Part shown: piece by piece, positions 39,246-53,699 of the stretch
How positions within the stretch are numbered: the stretch's first letter is position 1
Layout: each line of letters opens with the position of its first letter
Assembly: GCA_951406725.2 (NCBI GenBank)
Contig: OX597832.1
Coordinates: forward strand, 4,216,001 to 4,280,000
Length of the DNA: 64,000 nt
Direction: 5' to 3'
Source: Octopus vulgaris
Lineage: Eukaryota
Translations under genes and position numbers: made by a program
The notes under the pieces: model-generated
Databases searched by the model: none
What the model was told of the DNA's origin: nothing
The model's input: only the letters and a program-made list of their open reading frames with translations

Positions 39246-39545
39246 CACTTTATTAAAAAAAACAGCAAAAATACCACAAAAACTGTTACTCAGAGTTTCA
39301 CGTTCCCGTTACGTCGGATAGTTTCGTTTAGAATGGAACAAAATAAGGTTGTATGCATAGATATACAATTACTCTGATAGATACACATTTGGAAATGGTT
39401 TTGTTTCATTGGTCGTTTCACCTATCGTTCTTTTCAATAACCGGTTGCATGAAATTACTATTGCCGTTTAAAATCGTATTATAAAAGGCGAAGAAAACTT
39501 TAAATCAAAAATAGCTTATGTAGAAGGAAAAAACCCTGAATACCC
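39241..39545 (-). mobile_element. Short element with minimal HHR-like motif
   Basis: Minus strand: aactat-ccgacgta-acg-ggaa-cgt-gaaa-ctctgag-ta-acagtt at 39281..39323. Confidence 0.6.
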
Positions 39546-39580
39546 AGGGTAAATAATGTGTGTGTGTGTGTGTGTACATT

Positions 39581-39714
<134 letters not shown>

Positions 39715-39770
39715 TAGATAGATAGATAGATAGATATAGATATAGATATATATAGATATATATATATATA

Positions 39771-39982
39771 TTTCGTTTTTGGATTTGGTTTGCAAGATTC
39801 TTTATATGAGTTCGTGTGTTGAAGCATATTCTGTTGTGTCTGGGGAGAGTCATTCTCTTTTAGTGCCTTATTATTTAACACACTCACCGGTAAAATAAAA
39901 ATAAGAAATAAGTGGAAATTTTACGGTGAGTGTGTTAAATAATAAGGCATTAAAAGAGAATGACTCTCCTCAGACACAACAG
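39771..39982. mobile_element. Fold-back element, second copy of the 19923 family
   Basis: ctgttgtgtctggggagagtcattctc.. pairs with ..gagaatgactctcctcagacacaacag. Confidence 0.8.
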
Positions 39983-39984
39983 TA

Positions 39985-40073
39985 TATATATATATATGTG
40001 TACATGTATGTATGTATGTATGTATATATATGTGTGTGTGTGCTCACACATATAATATTATATGTACATATGC

Positions 40074-40120
<47 letters not shown>

Positions 40121-40520
40121 CATGCATGTATGTATGTACGTATGTATGTATGTATGCATGCATGCATGCATGCATGTATGTATGTATGTATGTATGTATG
40201 TATGTATGTATGTATGTATGTATGTATGTATGCATGCATGTATGTATGTATGTATACTACTATTTATAGTATAAAGGTCTAAATAAATGTCCGGTTGTTT
40301 CGCTTCTTTTTTTTTTGTTCTATTCTGACCTCGTATACTTTATGGGATTTCTTTTTATTTAACTCTGTCCTATTATCGGCAAATTCCATTCCATTTTATT
40401 TTATTTTATTTTAATTTATGTTTTCGTTGCTTATTCTTTTATCCCTGTATACTTTATCATATATTTTATGGTTTTATAGTTTCTAAACACCGGTTTATGA
40501 ATATATATATATATGTATAT

Positions 40521-40567
<47 letters not shown>

Positions 40568-40585
40568 TATATATTATATGTTATG

Positions 40586-40639
<54 letters not shown>

Positions 40640-40778
40640 GTATATATATATATGTGTGTATATATATATATATATATACATACATACATACATATATATA
40701 TCAATATATATAATTATATATATATATATCGATATATATAAACATATATATATATTGATATATATACATATATATACA

Positions 40779-40849
<71 letters not shown>

Positions 40850-40890
40850 TTATACATACACACACACACACACACACATGTTTGTGTGTG
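39985..40890. repeat. Compound microsatellite fields, (TA)n/(TATG)n/(CA)n; representative of dozens across the window
   Basis: Directly visible. Similar fields lie at about 1080-1270, 13245-14098, 25160-25640, 28165-28770 and 32810-33810. Confidence 0.95.
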
Positions 40891-41397
40891 TATGATGTAG
40901 AAATATATGAATAGCATACAAGCACAATCCTATATAAATTTGCATATTTTGCCAAAATACGGAATATAACTTTTTATTTTCCATCATTATTTCGTTTAAA
41001 CATAAACACGACATTGTTTAATTATGTATACAATAATTTATATTTAGTTCAAAAATAGTAATAATATGAAAAATATATACTTTGTATGTAGAAAAAGTGG
41101 GGACATAATTGAATGAACGGTTAAATATTCCTGGTGCTATAAGGCCGGTGCACTGAAATCTAATTTAGTGTCATAAGAAATTTCCCTGCAAGTTCTCTAT
41201 TGTTTGTGCAATGCCAAAGAAAAAGCGTGCACACACACACTCGTGCATACGCACAAACACACACCTTGACACACACGTACTTTATCAGTCGCCTGCATTA
41301 GTCATTGGGCTGCGGCCATGCCTGAGCACTTCCATGAAAGGTTTAGGCGAAGAAATATAACCCAGTACTTGGTTTTTAAGTCTAGTATATATATATA

Positions 41398-41599
41398 TTC
41401 TTTTACTCTTTTACTTGTTTCAGTCATTTGACTGCGGCCATGCTGCAGCACCGCCTTTAGTCGAGCAAATCGACCCCGGGACTTATTCTTTTGTAAGCCC
41501 AGTACTTAGTCTATCGGTCTCTTTTGTCGAACCGCTAAGTGACGGGGACGTGAACACACCAGCATCGGTTGTCAAGCAATGCTAGGGGGACAAACACAG

Positions 41600-41642
<43 letters not shown>

Positions 41643-41813
41643 CATATATACGACAGGCTTCTTTCAGTTTCGGTCTACCAAATCCACTCACAAGGCATTG
41701 GTCGGCCCGGGGCTATAGCAGAAGACACTTGCCCAAGATGCCACGCAGTGGGACTGAACCCGGAATCATGTGGTTGGTTAGCAAGCTACTTACCACACAA
41801 CCACTGCTGCGCC
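41398..41813 (-). mobile_element. SINE family A, full length and low divergence
   Basis: Complete head-CORE-microsatellite-tail layout, very similar to 26367..26785. Confidence 0.9.
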
Positions 41814-41824
41814 TATGAAAAATA

Positions 41825-42072
41825 AATGCGCCGTTTTAAAGCCTAGCCAGGCTCATGGGACCGGTTTCCTGGTTTCAATGGCGTATGTGTTCCCCAGCCG
41901 GACGGGACGCCAGTCCAACACAGCGTAACTCATTTTGGCCAGTTGAGTGGACTCGAGCAACGTGAAATGAAGTGTTTTGCTCAAGAACACAACGCATGGC
42001 CCAGTACAGGAATCGAAACCACAATCTTACGATCATGATGCTGACACCCTAACCTCTAAGCCACGCGCCTCC
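41825..42072 (-). mobile_element. SINE family C
   Basis: Minus strand: ggaggcgcgtggcttagaggttagggtg..ggtttcgattcc..gtgttcttgagcaaaacactt..ggactggcgtcccgtcc. Confidence 0.8.
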
Positions 42073-42073
42073 C

Positions 42074-42104
<31 letters not shown>

Positions 42105-42334
42105 AACGTCACTGAGGTAACAAGGGTACAAAGTGGGACCAGTATTACTAGTACAACTGATGTTGGTGTGTTTACGTTCCCGTAACTTAGCGGTTCGGCA
42201 AAAGAGCCCGACAGAATAAGTACTAGGCTTACAAGAAATAAATCCTAGGGTTGATTTGTTCGACTAAAGGCGGTGCTCCAGCATGGCAGTAGTCAAATGA
42301 CTGAAACAAATAAAAGAATATATATATTACGCCC

Positions 42335-42525
42335 ATGATCTGATCTGAGATCGTGTGCTGGAACGAAAACAGTTGCAGCGTGGAAGGTGTTTATAAACCA
42401 TTTAAGAAACACACAAAAACCGTTAGATTCACTTCAACATTTAAATTTAATTTGCCAAAATATTTCCGTCGCTTTGAGACCGCAACCTGTTGACTGACAA
42501 AATTCCGTGCTGCATCTCCGTGCTA
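42335..42525 (-). mobile_element. Single-arm copy of the 5610 fold-back family
   Basis: ctgatctgagatcgtgtgctgg..gcgtggaaggtgtttataa..gtcgctttgagaccgc..aaattccgtgctg. Confidence 0.8.
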
Positions 42526-42870
42526 GCAGAAATACCACCCTCTGGGCGGTTTTATCCTACCCACTTAATAATATTTTCACATTCGATTCCTAATTCTAAT
42601 TTTATGTCTAATTATTTCTTTGTATAATAGTGCTCTCTTGCTCAGTAAATATTGCTTTCATTGTTTTATCGCAGTCACAATCTCTCTTTTTTAAACAAAC
42701 ATAAAGGTAGTCCAACTATGTTTAGTGTGTAAAAAGGCCATCTTTCCTTTTGACTTACATGAATGTCATTGTTCGTTAAATTCCATAAAAACTTTTTATT
42801 TATATATTTTTGTTTTAAGGTGAAAGAGAGGAGAAAGGGAAAGACGTTTGTACGTGTATATGAAATGGAC

Positions 42871-42911
<41 letters not shown>

Positions 42912-43096
42912 CGTGATTGAGTGATTATACAGTCATACATCTTTTTGGGGTGTATGTGTGCACTTGTGCGTGTATGTGTGTGTGTGTGAAAGGGACAGAG
43001 AGTGATGTCTCTCTCACACACACACACACGCACACATACATGCAAAAAAGATGTTGCATATTTATTTATGTATGTACGTATGCATGACAACACACC

Positions 43097-43166
<70 letters not shown>

Positions 43167-43235
43167 AACAAACACACATACACATCCATTTCATGTACAC
43201 GTACATCTTTCACTTTCTCCTATCTTTCACTTTAA

Positions 43236-45676
43236 CTTTCTGTCTACCATTGGGTCCAATTTCAGTTTTTTTTTCAGTTGTTTTTTTTCCATCTGTTTAT
43301 ATTATTTGAAATCTTATGACTCTTATTGTTTCTTGACTCTCTTTTATTTGTCAAATGGGAAATTTTTTGTACGTTTATAAAAGCTAGAAAATTTCGCTTT
43401 ATACATTAATTGCCGTATGGATCCACCCGACCCTCGAATTAAATTCAGGCATTCTAAACAGAATAAAAGCAGTATCAAATATTATTTTCTTAGATATTTA
43501 TCAGATATAAAATAGATAAAATTGTATTCAGTTTATTTGCTGAATTTTAGATAAAATAGGAAAAATTATGAAAATATTCCTATAAATTTGTGTGGTATTG
43601 TATCATCTTCAGTCTGCTAGGTTACAGGGTGATGCAATATTTCTATGTGATGACGCAATTCTTACAATATATTGCATCATCTTTTAGGAGAGTATAAATA
43701 TGTGAGAGAGCAATATCTGCCTTTAGTCTGCTATCAAGTTTCATATAGTTCAGTTGTGCTTTCCAATATGCCTCGACGTGAAAACTTGAGGGAAGACTAA
43801 ATATCGAAAAAGGTTATTGGAATTAGATGAAGAATGGAAAGAAGATAGTAGCGATTCCTTCTATTGTTCTGAAGATGATAGTGAAAGTGATTGTGTGCCG
43901 GACAGTTTAGGTTTTGTGTCATCAGATGATGAAGATACTCAAAAACAATTATCTGTTTTTGAGTATCTTCATCATCTGATGACACAGAATAAGTAATATG
44001 TTTCTAGAGACAGACATGAAGTTTGGCATTCTAATCCTCTTACTCAAGCAGCAGTAAGAACTTCATCATGCAATATTGTGCGCCAAGAATGTGGACCATC
44101 CCGTTTTGCTAAAAGGTTTTGTGATAGCATTGAAACATGTTTTACTATCTTTATGCGCCAGAATCTTCTCGAAGTAATAGGTAAATGGACAAATGTTGAA
44201 GGTCCGGTTGTTTACAAAGGTAAATGGAAGGAAACTGATCTCTCTGAACTAAAGAAATTTATTGAACTGATTATTCTTATAGGCGTTTATAAATCTAAAC
44301 ATGCAAATGTCACACAGTTATGGAGTCAAGAAGATGGCCACCCAATATTCAACAAAATTATGAGCCGGAGAAGATTTCAACAGATTTTACAAGTATTGCG
44401 TTTTGATGATGCTAGTGCAAAAAGAAAAAAGAGAAATGATGATAAATTGGAGCCCACAAGAGAAGTATTTGAAATGTGGAATCAGAATTTGCAAGATGGA
44501 TATGTTCCAAGTTCATGCATGACAGTTGAGGAACAATTAGTTTCATTCAGAGGGCGCTGCCCATTCCGGGTATATATTCCTTCAAAACCAGGGAAATATG
44601 GAATTAAAATTTGGGTAGTATACGACAGTGAAACATCTTATGTCTGGAAAATGCAAATCTACACTGGAAAAGACCCAGTAAAAGGAAGAGAGACAAATCA
44701 AGGTTCAAGAGTTTTTGGAGACCTAGTAAGAGAACTTGAAAATACTGGTCACAATATAACTTGTGATAATTTTTTTACATGTCTAGTATTGGCTCGAAAG
44801 CTGCTTAGCAAGAAACCTACTTTAGTTGGAACAATTAGAAAGAACAGAGTTGAACTTCCAAGTGCTCTCACAAATGGAAAAAAGGATTCTATGATCCTAT
44901 GATCCTATCTTATTGTCCCAAGAAAGATTGTGTAGTCACACTTATGGGTACAGCGCACTCTCAGCCTTCAATTGATTCAAAAAGTGCTGTAAAGAAACCT
45001 GAAGTTATTACATGTTACAACAAAACAAAAAGAGGAGTAGATACTCTAGATAGGATGGTAAAGACATACACTTTCACAAGAATGACTCGAAGGTGGCCTA
45101 TGGTTATATTCTACAGCATGACTGATATAAATGCAGTGAATGTTTTCATTGTTGCTAAACAGCTTCACTTGAAAAGTTTCAAGAATAAAAGAAGACAGTG
45201 CCTAATTCAGTTAGGAAAGGAACTTGCTGGAGTTAAAAGAATATGACAAACAATCTTCTAGTTCCGCTAACATTTTTCAACCAAACAAGAAAAGAAGACG
45301 ATCTTCAACTTCATTTGAAATTCTTCAGCCGAAGAAAAATGGAAGATGTTCTTTGTGTGTCCCTAAAAAAAGCAGGAAAACTCGTACTACATGTAAGAAT
45401 TGCAATAGCCATGTTTGCAAAGAATATTCCAAATGTTATCTGCATTCAATGCCACGAAGAGCTGTAATTCTGTATTTTTGTAATTTTTTAAAATTTATAA
45501 TAAATTCTGTAAGCCCTATTGTTTTTATTATATATACTATCATTCACCTGATGGTATATTATAATGTAGCCAAGAAATAGTGATAGTTTGAATAAAATTT
45601 AATTAAAAGAAAAATATTGGGTCCATTGGACCCAGTTGGTAATTAGTGACATACATTTTGTCTGGTAGACCAATGG
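43236..45676 (+). mobile_element. piggyBac DNA transposon, near full length, frameshifted transposase
   Basis: ORFs 44078..44902, 44899..45246 and 45224..45580 contain FRGRCPFRVYIPSKPGKYGIK, TCDNFFT, YNKTKRGVD and the Cys-rich tail CSLC..CKNC..VC. TTAA lies at 43232-43235 and 45677-45680, with degenerate TIRs sharing gtctacca. Confidence 0.9.
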
Positions 45677-46387
45677 TTAAAACAAAAGTATATAAATAAA
45701 GCTGGGTGGGCTGGAGCAACGTGAAATAAAGTGTCTTGCTCAAGGATACAGCGCACCGCCAGGAAATAGACTCGCTGCCTTACTGTCGTGAGCCGAACAC
45801 CCTAACTACTGAGTCATATAGGACGAGCTTCCGCTCAGTTTTCGTCACCAGGTGTTGGTCAGCCCGAGAAAATAGTAGAAGACATTTGCCCAAGATGCCA
45901 CACTGTGGGACTGAACCCGAAACCACGTAACTACAAAGCGAACTTCTTAACCACACATCCAGGCCTTTATTTTATTCATTTATTGTTTCCGAATTCCTGT
46001 CTTTCAAACAACTGAGGGGTAAAAAAAAAAACGTCACTCACAGACGCGCAGCAGCCTCTGACCTTTGGGCGTATTATTGTAATGGCTCGTCGCTACTATA
46101 ATGGTCTCTGTTCCTTATACAAAGTTCCATTCCTTTTCGCAGTTTTGGTCCTCTACCAATTTCAGTGTAACCTCCTCACACTCTAATCCTTCTGTTGGCA
46201 GAGTTGAATTTTTCTTCATTTCTTAATATTCTTGCATTTCAAACAAATGAAATCACTTTTCTAAAATAAATAATAAACAAACATTTTTGGTACTCTCAAA
46301 AATTTCCGGCCCATCTGCCCAATAGATTTATGATGCGTGTTTTATTGCATTTTAAAACTTCTTACCACACAGCCGCGCCTGAGAGCG

Positions 46388-46780
46388 CAGGCGTGGCTGT
46401 ATGGTAAGAAGTCTGCTTCTACCACATGATTCCGAGTTCAGTCTCACCGCGTGATACCTTGAGCAGGTGTCTTCTACTATCGCCTCAAGTAAGCTAAAGT
46501 GTTGTGGGTGGATTTGGTAAACAGAAACTTAAAGAAGAACGTCGGATACACACACACACATATGGGAGTGGGTGGGTACGTGTGTGCGTATCTTTGTGTC
46601 TGTGTTTTTCCCCACCATAGCTTGATAACCAGTGTTGTGTTGGTGTCTCCGTAACTTAGCCGTTCAGCAAAAGGGACCGATAGAATAAGATCTAGGCTTC
46701 ACAAAAAATAATAAATACTGGGATCGACGCGGTACTCCAGTATGGCCGCAGTTTAACGATTGAAACAAGTAAAGGAATGA
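46388..46780 (+). mobile_element. SINE family A, diverged
   Basis: gcaggcgtggctgtatggtaagaag..accttgagcaggtgtcttctactat..tail. Confidence 0.8.
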
Positions 46781-46849
46781 GAGATAAAAAAAAATAATAA
46801 ACTCTTGTAATACGGTTTGTTTGTTATTTTTAGCAGATCGAGAGACCAT

Positions 46850-47370
46850 ATGCAGGCTTTCTTCGCAGGGGCTGCGTAGTGATAGTTGTGAGGGCCTGAG
46901 GGACTTAGACACAAAAACAGGAGTGATAAGAAGTAGCGAGACGAATGGAAGGTACATGACCAGCCAGCTCCGAGGAGCAGAGGCCATCATAGTAGCGACA
47001 GGCCATTATAGTAGTACGCCGACAGGTCCCAGGCTGGGGCGTGTCAGTGAGTGGCTTTATTGGCAATCGGTGAAATGGTTCTCTAAATGCATTCCGACGA
47101 TGTTGGTGCAGTACTCCATTGTGGGCATCACTTGAACTTTGTAGAGTACCAACGATTATTTAGGGTTGATGTATTTTCTGGTGTTTAATAGAAACCCCAG
47201 TGTTTGGGATACGGTTCTAGCTATGTCACGGATGCAGTTCGCTAGAAGAGACACCTCTGAAAAATTTGTGGGAGTATATTGTAATGTGAGTTGCTTGAAA
47301 CACAAGAAAACTACAAAATAATGGAACAATTCACTGCAACCCACCCATAACATGTTGCGGTGGGGAGGGA
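46850..47370 (-). mobile_element. Degenerate CR1-type LINE 3' fragment, third family (related piece at about 46040..46115 on the plus strand)
   Basis: The minus strand encodes YKVQVMPTMEYC and RYY.GLCSSELAG. Confidence 0.7.
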
Positions 47371-47469
47371 CCAAAAATGTGAAAAACATGACATTTTGAA
47401 ACAAAAAATATTATTAGAATGGTCACTTCTATTGTATGAAGTACTGGATTACTCCAAAAATTAAGAAAA

Positions 47470-47865
47470 TATTGGTTTCAAATGTTTGCACAATGCCAAC
47501 ATTTTGGGGGAATAGTCAAGTCGATTACATCGATCCCGGTGCACAACTGGTAATATTTTATCGACTCCAGAAGGATGAAAGGCAAAGTCAACCTCGGTGG
47601 AATTTGACCTCAGAACGTAGAGTCGGACGAAATGCTGCTAAGCGTGCTAACAAGAAACAATTAAGGAAATATTGATTTCAAATCTTGGCACAGAGTCAGC
47701 AAGTTCGGGGCTGGAGGTAAGTCGATAACTTCGACCCCAGTACTCAACTGGTACTTATTTTATCGACCCCGAAAGGATAAAAGGCGAAGTCGACCTCGAT
47801 GATTTTTGAACTCAGAACGCAAGGACGGACAAAATGCCACCAGGCATTTCGCTCGGCGGGCTGAC
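47470..47865 (-). mobile_element. Two tandem SINE family B copies
   Basis: attggtttcaaa..aagtcgattacatcga..gaaggatgaaaggcaaagtc..gaactcagaac occurs twice. Confidence 0.8.
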
Positions 47866-48130
47866 GGAAGAAAAATTAAGAAAATATTAGAAGATAATTA
47901 TTGTGTCATGAGAGATGGCTATTCCAAAACATTTATCATATATGTGTGTGTTCGTGTGTGTGTGTGAGTGCGCGTGTGTGTGTGTGAGTGCGCGTGTGTG
48001 TGTGTGAGTGCGCGTGTGTGTGTGTGAGTGCGCGTGTGTGTGTGAGTGCGCGTGTGTGTGTGTGCGCGCGCACATGCACATGTGTGTGCGCGCGCGAGCG
48101 CATGTGTGTGTGCATGCGCGCGCGTATGTT

Positions 48131-48195
<65 letters not shown>

Positions 48196-48467
48196 ATGTC
48201 AGCCATGCAGTTAAATAAACTCTTATAGAAAATATTGCTTAAAACCGTCTCTGTTCCTTTGTTCTTTCTCTTGCATGCAGCTACATAGTGGAGGCACCTG
48301 TATCAACAATGTTCATTAAGATCGAGGACTGACAGATCAAAAGATACGTCTATATACATCCATCCATATACACACACTCTCTCTCTCACACACACACACA
48401 CACAAACAGTATATGTATATATGTATGTACGTATGTATGTATGTATGTATGTATGTATGTATGTATG

Positions 48468-48501
<34 letters not shown>

Positions 48502-48900
48502 TACATATCTGTGAATGTGTTTGTGTCTGTGTCCGCGGTGGTGATTTGTTTATATCTCTAACTTAGCGATTTGGCGACTAGAATAAGTACCAAACTTAAA
48601 AAACAGAAATAAAATACTAAGTTAATTTGCTCGACTAAGAACCTTTCAAACTAACCTAGTCATAGTCCAAGGACTGAAACAAGTAGAATAAACAAGTAGA
48701 ATAAACAAGTAGGATAAATGGAAAAAGAAAAGTTATGACCACGTAACTCGGATCAAATACTTCCAATAGACACGGGTTAGATATTATCAAATATTACTGA
48801 TGAAGTTTCAATGCAGAGAAAATTAAATATCTTAAACAGTTGAGGTGCCAAATCATCAGAGAGTTTAGAAGAGGGTCTAAATTTATGTATATGTAAATAT

Positions 48901-48937
<37 letters not shown>

Positions 48938-49277
48938 CATACATACATACATACATACATACATACATACATACATACATACATACATACTCATAGACAC
49001 ACACATATTTCACGAAATATGTGTGTCTATGTGTGTGTATGTATATATATATGTATGTATATATATGTGTGTGTGTGTGTGTGTATATATGTATGCATAT
49101 ATATGTATATATTTCTTCTTTCATATACCATTTCATTTCTACAAATCTGTACTCCGCTCAAACTCTATTGCTTTCTTCGATTTTACTCTTATCATTTCTC
49201 TTCTTATACACTCTCTAATATTGTACTATACCTACTAATAACTGATTTTTTTTGTATGTGTGTACATGTGTGTATGC

Positions 49278-49360
<83 letters not shown>

Positions 49361-49689
49361 TGTGTATATATATATATATATAATACACACACGACGGACT
49401 TCTTTTAGTTTCTGTCTACGAAACCCACTTTCAGGACTTTGGTCGGCCCGGGGCTATAGTAAAAAATATCTGTCCAAGATGCCACACAGTGGGGCTGAAC
49501 CTGAAACAATGTGTTTGTGAAGTAAACTTCTCGCCATACAACCATGCCTACACCTTAATATAAGATGACTTAATATAAAACCTATTTTGGTATTTGGTCA
49601 TGATTTGATTCAATGCCTTAGATAGAATGCCTATATGTCATGCTTGGTGCAGTTATGGCTAGATATAGTTTGACTAGATATAGTCATCA

Positions 49690-49990
49690 GTCATCGCCTT
49701 GAAGAATTTTTTTAAAGCCTGGTACTTATTCTATCAATCACTTTTGCCGAACCGCTAAGTTACGGGGGTGTAAACACATCAACACCAGTTGTCAAGTGGA
49801 GGTGAGGCGACAAACAACGCACACATACACATATGCGACGGACTTCTTTCAGTTTCCATCTAGCAAATCCACTCACAAAGCTTTGGTCGACCTAAAGCTA
49901 TAGTAGACGACATTTGGCCAAGTTTCCACGCAGTGGGACAGCCTGGAACCATGTGGTTGGGAAGCAAGCTTCTTACCACACAGCTACGAA
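49690..49990 (-). mobile_element. SINE family A
   Basis: ttttgccgaaccgctaagttacggg..aaatccactcacaaag..ggaaccatgtggttgggaagc. Confidence 0.82.
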
Positions 49991-51339
49991 TGCGCGTAGC
50001 CACGCCTAAATTATTTTGTTATTCCTTGACACAAAGCGAATTTGGTCATAACTTGATCATAACATTTGTCATATTTATGACATACTTGGTCATACTTTGT
50101 ATAAAGCTTATTGAAGATTATGTTAAGTACTTGATATCGTACTATTTTGTGATCAAGCACTCTGATAGGAAAAAACATAGCAATTGTATAATATCAAACA
50201 CTAACATGGTACCTTCGTTTTGGTCTCCTGTCGAACTAACCATTTCCATATATCCTTTTTAAGAATACAGCAAAATGTTTTTCGAATAAATTACCTTAAA
50301 AAACTGTAAATAAATGTCTTTTATGACCAGTTTCTGCATTATTTTTCCCTAAAATATTTCAAAATTCTGCGTTCTGCGCGTCCAGTCTTTGACACTTTTC
50401 GGCCTTCTGAGTTTTAGATCTTTTGAGTTCGACATTCTTGCGTTTAGTACCCGAGGGTGGGAGAGTAAATATAGAGAAGTGGATGATTGACACTGCATCT
50501 ATCCATTTCTTGTCGTAGTTTAGCTCCAGATCAGCTGTCATCGGTCAGAAATATGATAAAAGGCGTTCCAGTCATGAGCACCCCGTCCTCTAGATATAGC
50601 ATTGCAGAACTTCATTATCCTATGCGCTATTTTCTAAGATAGAAGGTTTTGATTTGAGGGGGATTTGGCTGCTATTATTATCAAGTCAAGCGAACACGTA
50701 GATGCTCTCTTTGGAAATTATAGTAATATACCAGTAGTTGGCAGGGTCAGAGAAGTTTCTTACAATCGATGAAGTGGGCATACTGTGTTTCCATAGACTG
50801 GAAATATGTATATAAATATGTGTGCGCGCGCGTGAGTGTGTACATACACAGACATACATATACGTGTGCACACACTCACACACACACACACTCACATACA
50901 CACATATTGGCACTGATCCTTGTAGAGAAAGACCGAATAGTTTGATAAGGATCTAGTTATGAGATGCATTGGATAGATATAATGGAAGAAATACAGTCGG
51001 AATTGTTTGTCGTATCAGAGCATTGTTTTCCAGACTTATATTGTCACGAAACCCTTAAGCAGCTTTCCAAGAATCTCGAAACCTATTTATTATAAATTAT
51101 GGAGAATTTCCGCCACCTTAATTTTCACGACAAATTCAATTAAATATTAAATCAAAATAAGTCATTACATGAAATAAAAAATTGTTTCAGAAAGAGAATT
51201 TATTCATATAAAATAAATAGGCAATTTATTTTGTAATTGGAGAATGCCATTTTAGTATAAAATAGGGTTTTGTTAAAATTTATTAAAAGACAGCTTACCT
51301 TGTAAAACACCAGAATTAAAATTTTTTTTTCACAGAATT

Positions 51340-52150
51340 CACTTTGGGAAATATGAAGTTAGAGAGACTGGCAGATTTTTCGCATTTTAAGACTGCATGT
51401 ATGTAATGTGAGACTGGTAGAGTGGACAAGGAGAGTTTAAGATAAATTTTGTTGAATGTATGCGACGTGGAAGACAGCTAATGTGGAAACTATCCTAGGT
51501 GAGTGCTGCAACAGAGACATCTTGACTGAGGATGTGTGGGTTGGATAATTCTGCATAATTGATTAAGAACAACAGATCAGAAAGAGCTACTGCATTTGGA
51601 AGCAGTCGAAATTGCATAAAAACTCTATTTGCTTTTCTAATGGTTACTGGAAGAATTTGTGTGAATGGATAAACGTCTTCTAATGGTTGGTGCCGGGTGA
51701 TTTTATGTGATGGAAACAGTATCCATCGCATTTTGTGCTGCGATGTGGCTGCTGGTGAACCATTTTGGGACTTTAATTACGTCAGAGATACCAAGAGATA
51801 TAACCTTGGAAGGTAGAATCAGTCATCTGCTTAGCTGATTCGCATAGGTTGCGAGTAAACCATATTTGCTACCAGGGCACCGTCAGTGTTAGAACTGGAC
51901 GAACTCTGACCAGTTAAGTGGTTTAAAGTAGCAGAGGTAAAAGGATGGAGAGTGCTGTGCAAATGATGAGAGTCACGTGATGAGACGATCGTTCGAAGAT
52001 GTGAAGTGTGTAGCCAGACGATATAATAGGTGCGTAGATGTTGGTCTTTAGAAGATAAATAACGTTTAAAAGTTGCTATCACTGCTGATGGTTCAGTTGT
52101 TCCTATTTCCAATATACACGTACGACTTGACATTTTTCTTACTGACGCTC
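51340..52150 (-). mobile_element. Possible highly decayed CR1-type LINE 3' region
   Basis: Only scattered codon-level resemblance to the MEYC and C-terminal SLP..IFP motifs; many indels. Confidence 0.3.
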
Positions 52151-52945
52151 AAATGTATCTTGTTAAGAAGATCTGAGCTTTTAAGTGGTTCTCCAGCTTC
52201 CATAAGTAGAAGTTAATCTCATCAGCGCAATATAACAACGCTGTAGTGACTACTAAAATGATGAAACAATATTTGGATTAGTAGTGGAACACTAATATTT
52301 GTGTTCATTAAGACAATTTTTTGTTGTTGTTGACTCACAGTATATAAGATAATGAAGACACGGGAGAAACCAACAGTATTTGTGTATGTGTGTATGTGTA
52401 CATATATGTATGTATGTATGTATGGATGGATGGATGGATGGATGGATGGATGGATGGATGGATGGATGGATGGATGGATGGATGGATGGATGAGATACTC
52501 AAGATATCAACGGTATGTAAGACACACAGACATCAAGAATATATATATATGAGATGCACGTATACCAGAAGTATGTAAGATACAAAAATACTGAAGATAC
52601 TAAAATCGTTTAGGACATACAGTTGTCAACAATATTTAGCACATTGAAAACAACATTATATAAGAGTGAAGACACTGACAACATCAACAGTAATGATGGC
52701 ATAAAGACTAATAATACATAAGATATATATAAAAGAAACCGAAGATATCAACAATTAATAAGATAGTGAATACACCAATTACTGGTACAACATCGATTCT
52801 TCGGAGCCTTTGATTCCAAAGCCTTTCCAGGTTACTGATTTTTCGGAGCAGGGGTGGTCACTTTGGTCAACACACTAAATTAAGCAAATATTAAATTAAA
52901 TGAATTAGTAAAATGAAATATAGGCACCTGTACATTAGTATAAAT

Positions 52946-53177
52946 CTCTGGTCCCCAACCATTTTTTTACTTATGGACCCCTTTGGTTCCTATTTTACTC
53001 GGGTGGACCTTCATAGCTATTCAGTGTTTAAAAATATTCTATTATACTTAAATATCATAAAAAATTATATTAAAAAAATTATAAAAAATGTTTGTTTATT
53101 GTAGACATATAATCAATTTATTGCACATAAATTTGAACAACAAAACCTTATAAGGATCCCCAGGTTGAGAACCACTG
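52946..53177. mobile_element. hAT (Charlie-like) MITE with 8-bp target site duplication
   Basis: TIRs ctctggtccccaacc and ggttgagaaccactg; GTATAAAT at both 52938-52945 and 53178-53185. Confidence 0.85.
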
Positions 53178-53339
53178 GTATAAATGGTACAAGTTTATTA
53201 GTACTGTGCAAGGTATTAGTCTGGCGTCGGCGTAAATTACTCGTAAATTAGAGTGGATTATTAGAGGTTCCAGACCATTAGTGCCTGAAAAGTTGGTGTT
53301 GTATCTGAATTAGGTTTATAAGACACAAACATACAGATA

Positions 53340-53699
53340 ACACAATCTAAAGAGGTATGCAGCGATGTATGTATGGAAGGTCCTGGAAGAGCAGGCGCCA
53401 CACTTTGGTATCGACGTCCCTGCACTGTTCCGTCTAGAGTGAGGATCATGTACTGCAATAGTTTGGGATTCAAAGACCCTAGATGTTTTCAAGGAATAAC
53501 TTGACCTCCTGCTATCCAAGGTCCCAGATAAACCATTATCAAGGCAGGAGACCCAAATGAGGGCAGCAGTGTCGAACTCTTTCTTTCACTAAAGAGCCAA
53601 TCACATAAGATTGACCACTGAAAAGATGATTACACAGGCGGTGCTCCAGCGTGGCCACAGCCATAAGGAAGAAACATGTAAAAGAATAAAAGAATAAAG
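53340..53699 (+). mobile_element. Deleted 3' end of the CR1 family of 18..1078
   Basis: RYAAMYVWKVLE, YCNSLGF and LSKVPDKP..RQETQMRAAVSNS. Tail ggcggtgctccagcgtggccacagcc..gaaacatgtaaaagaataaaagaataaa. Confidence 0.85.

Noticed and set aside
44078-45580. Domesticated PGBD-like host gene
   Set aside because: Multiple frameshifts and retained transposon ends indicate a decayed transposon.
47945-48070. Regular gagtgcgc(gt)n units resembling a CRISPR-like array
   Set aside because: Minisatellite derived from (TG)n with no unique spacers; eukaryotic context and no cas genes.
48800-48832. CTGATGA...GAAA near 48806 as a hammerhead
   Set aside because: No convincing stem II; the similar case at about 26901 was also too imperfect to list.
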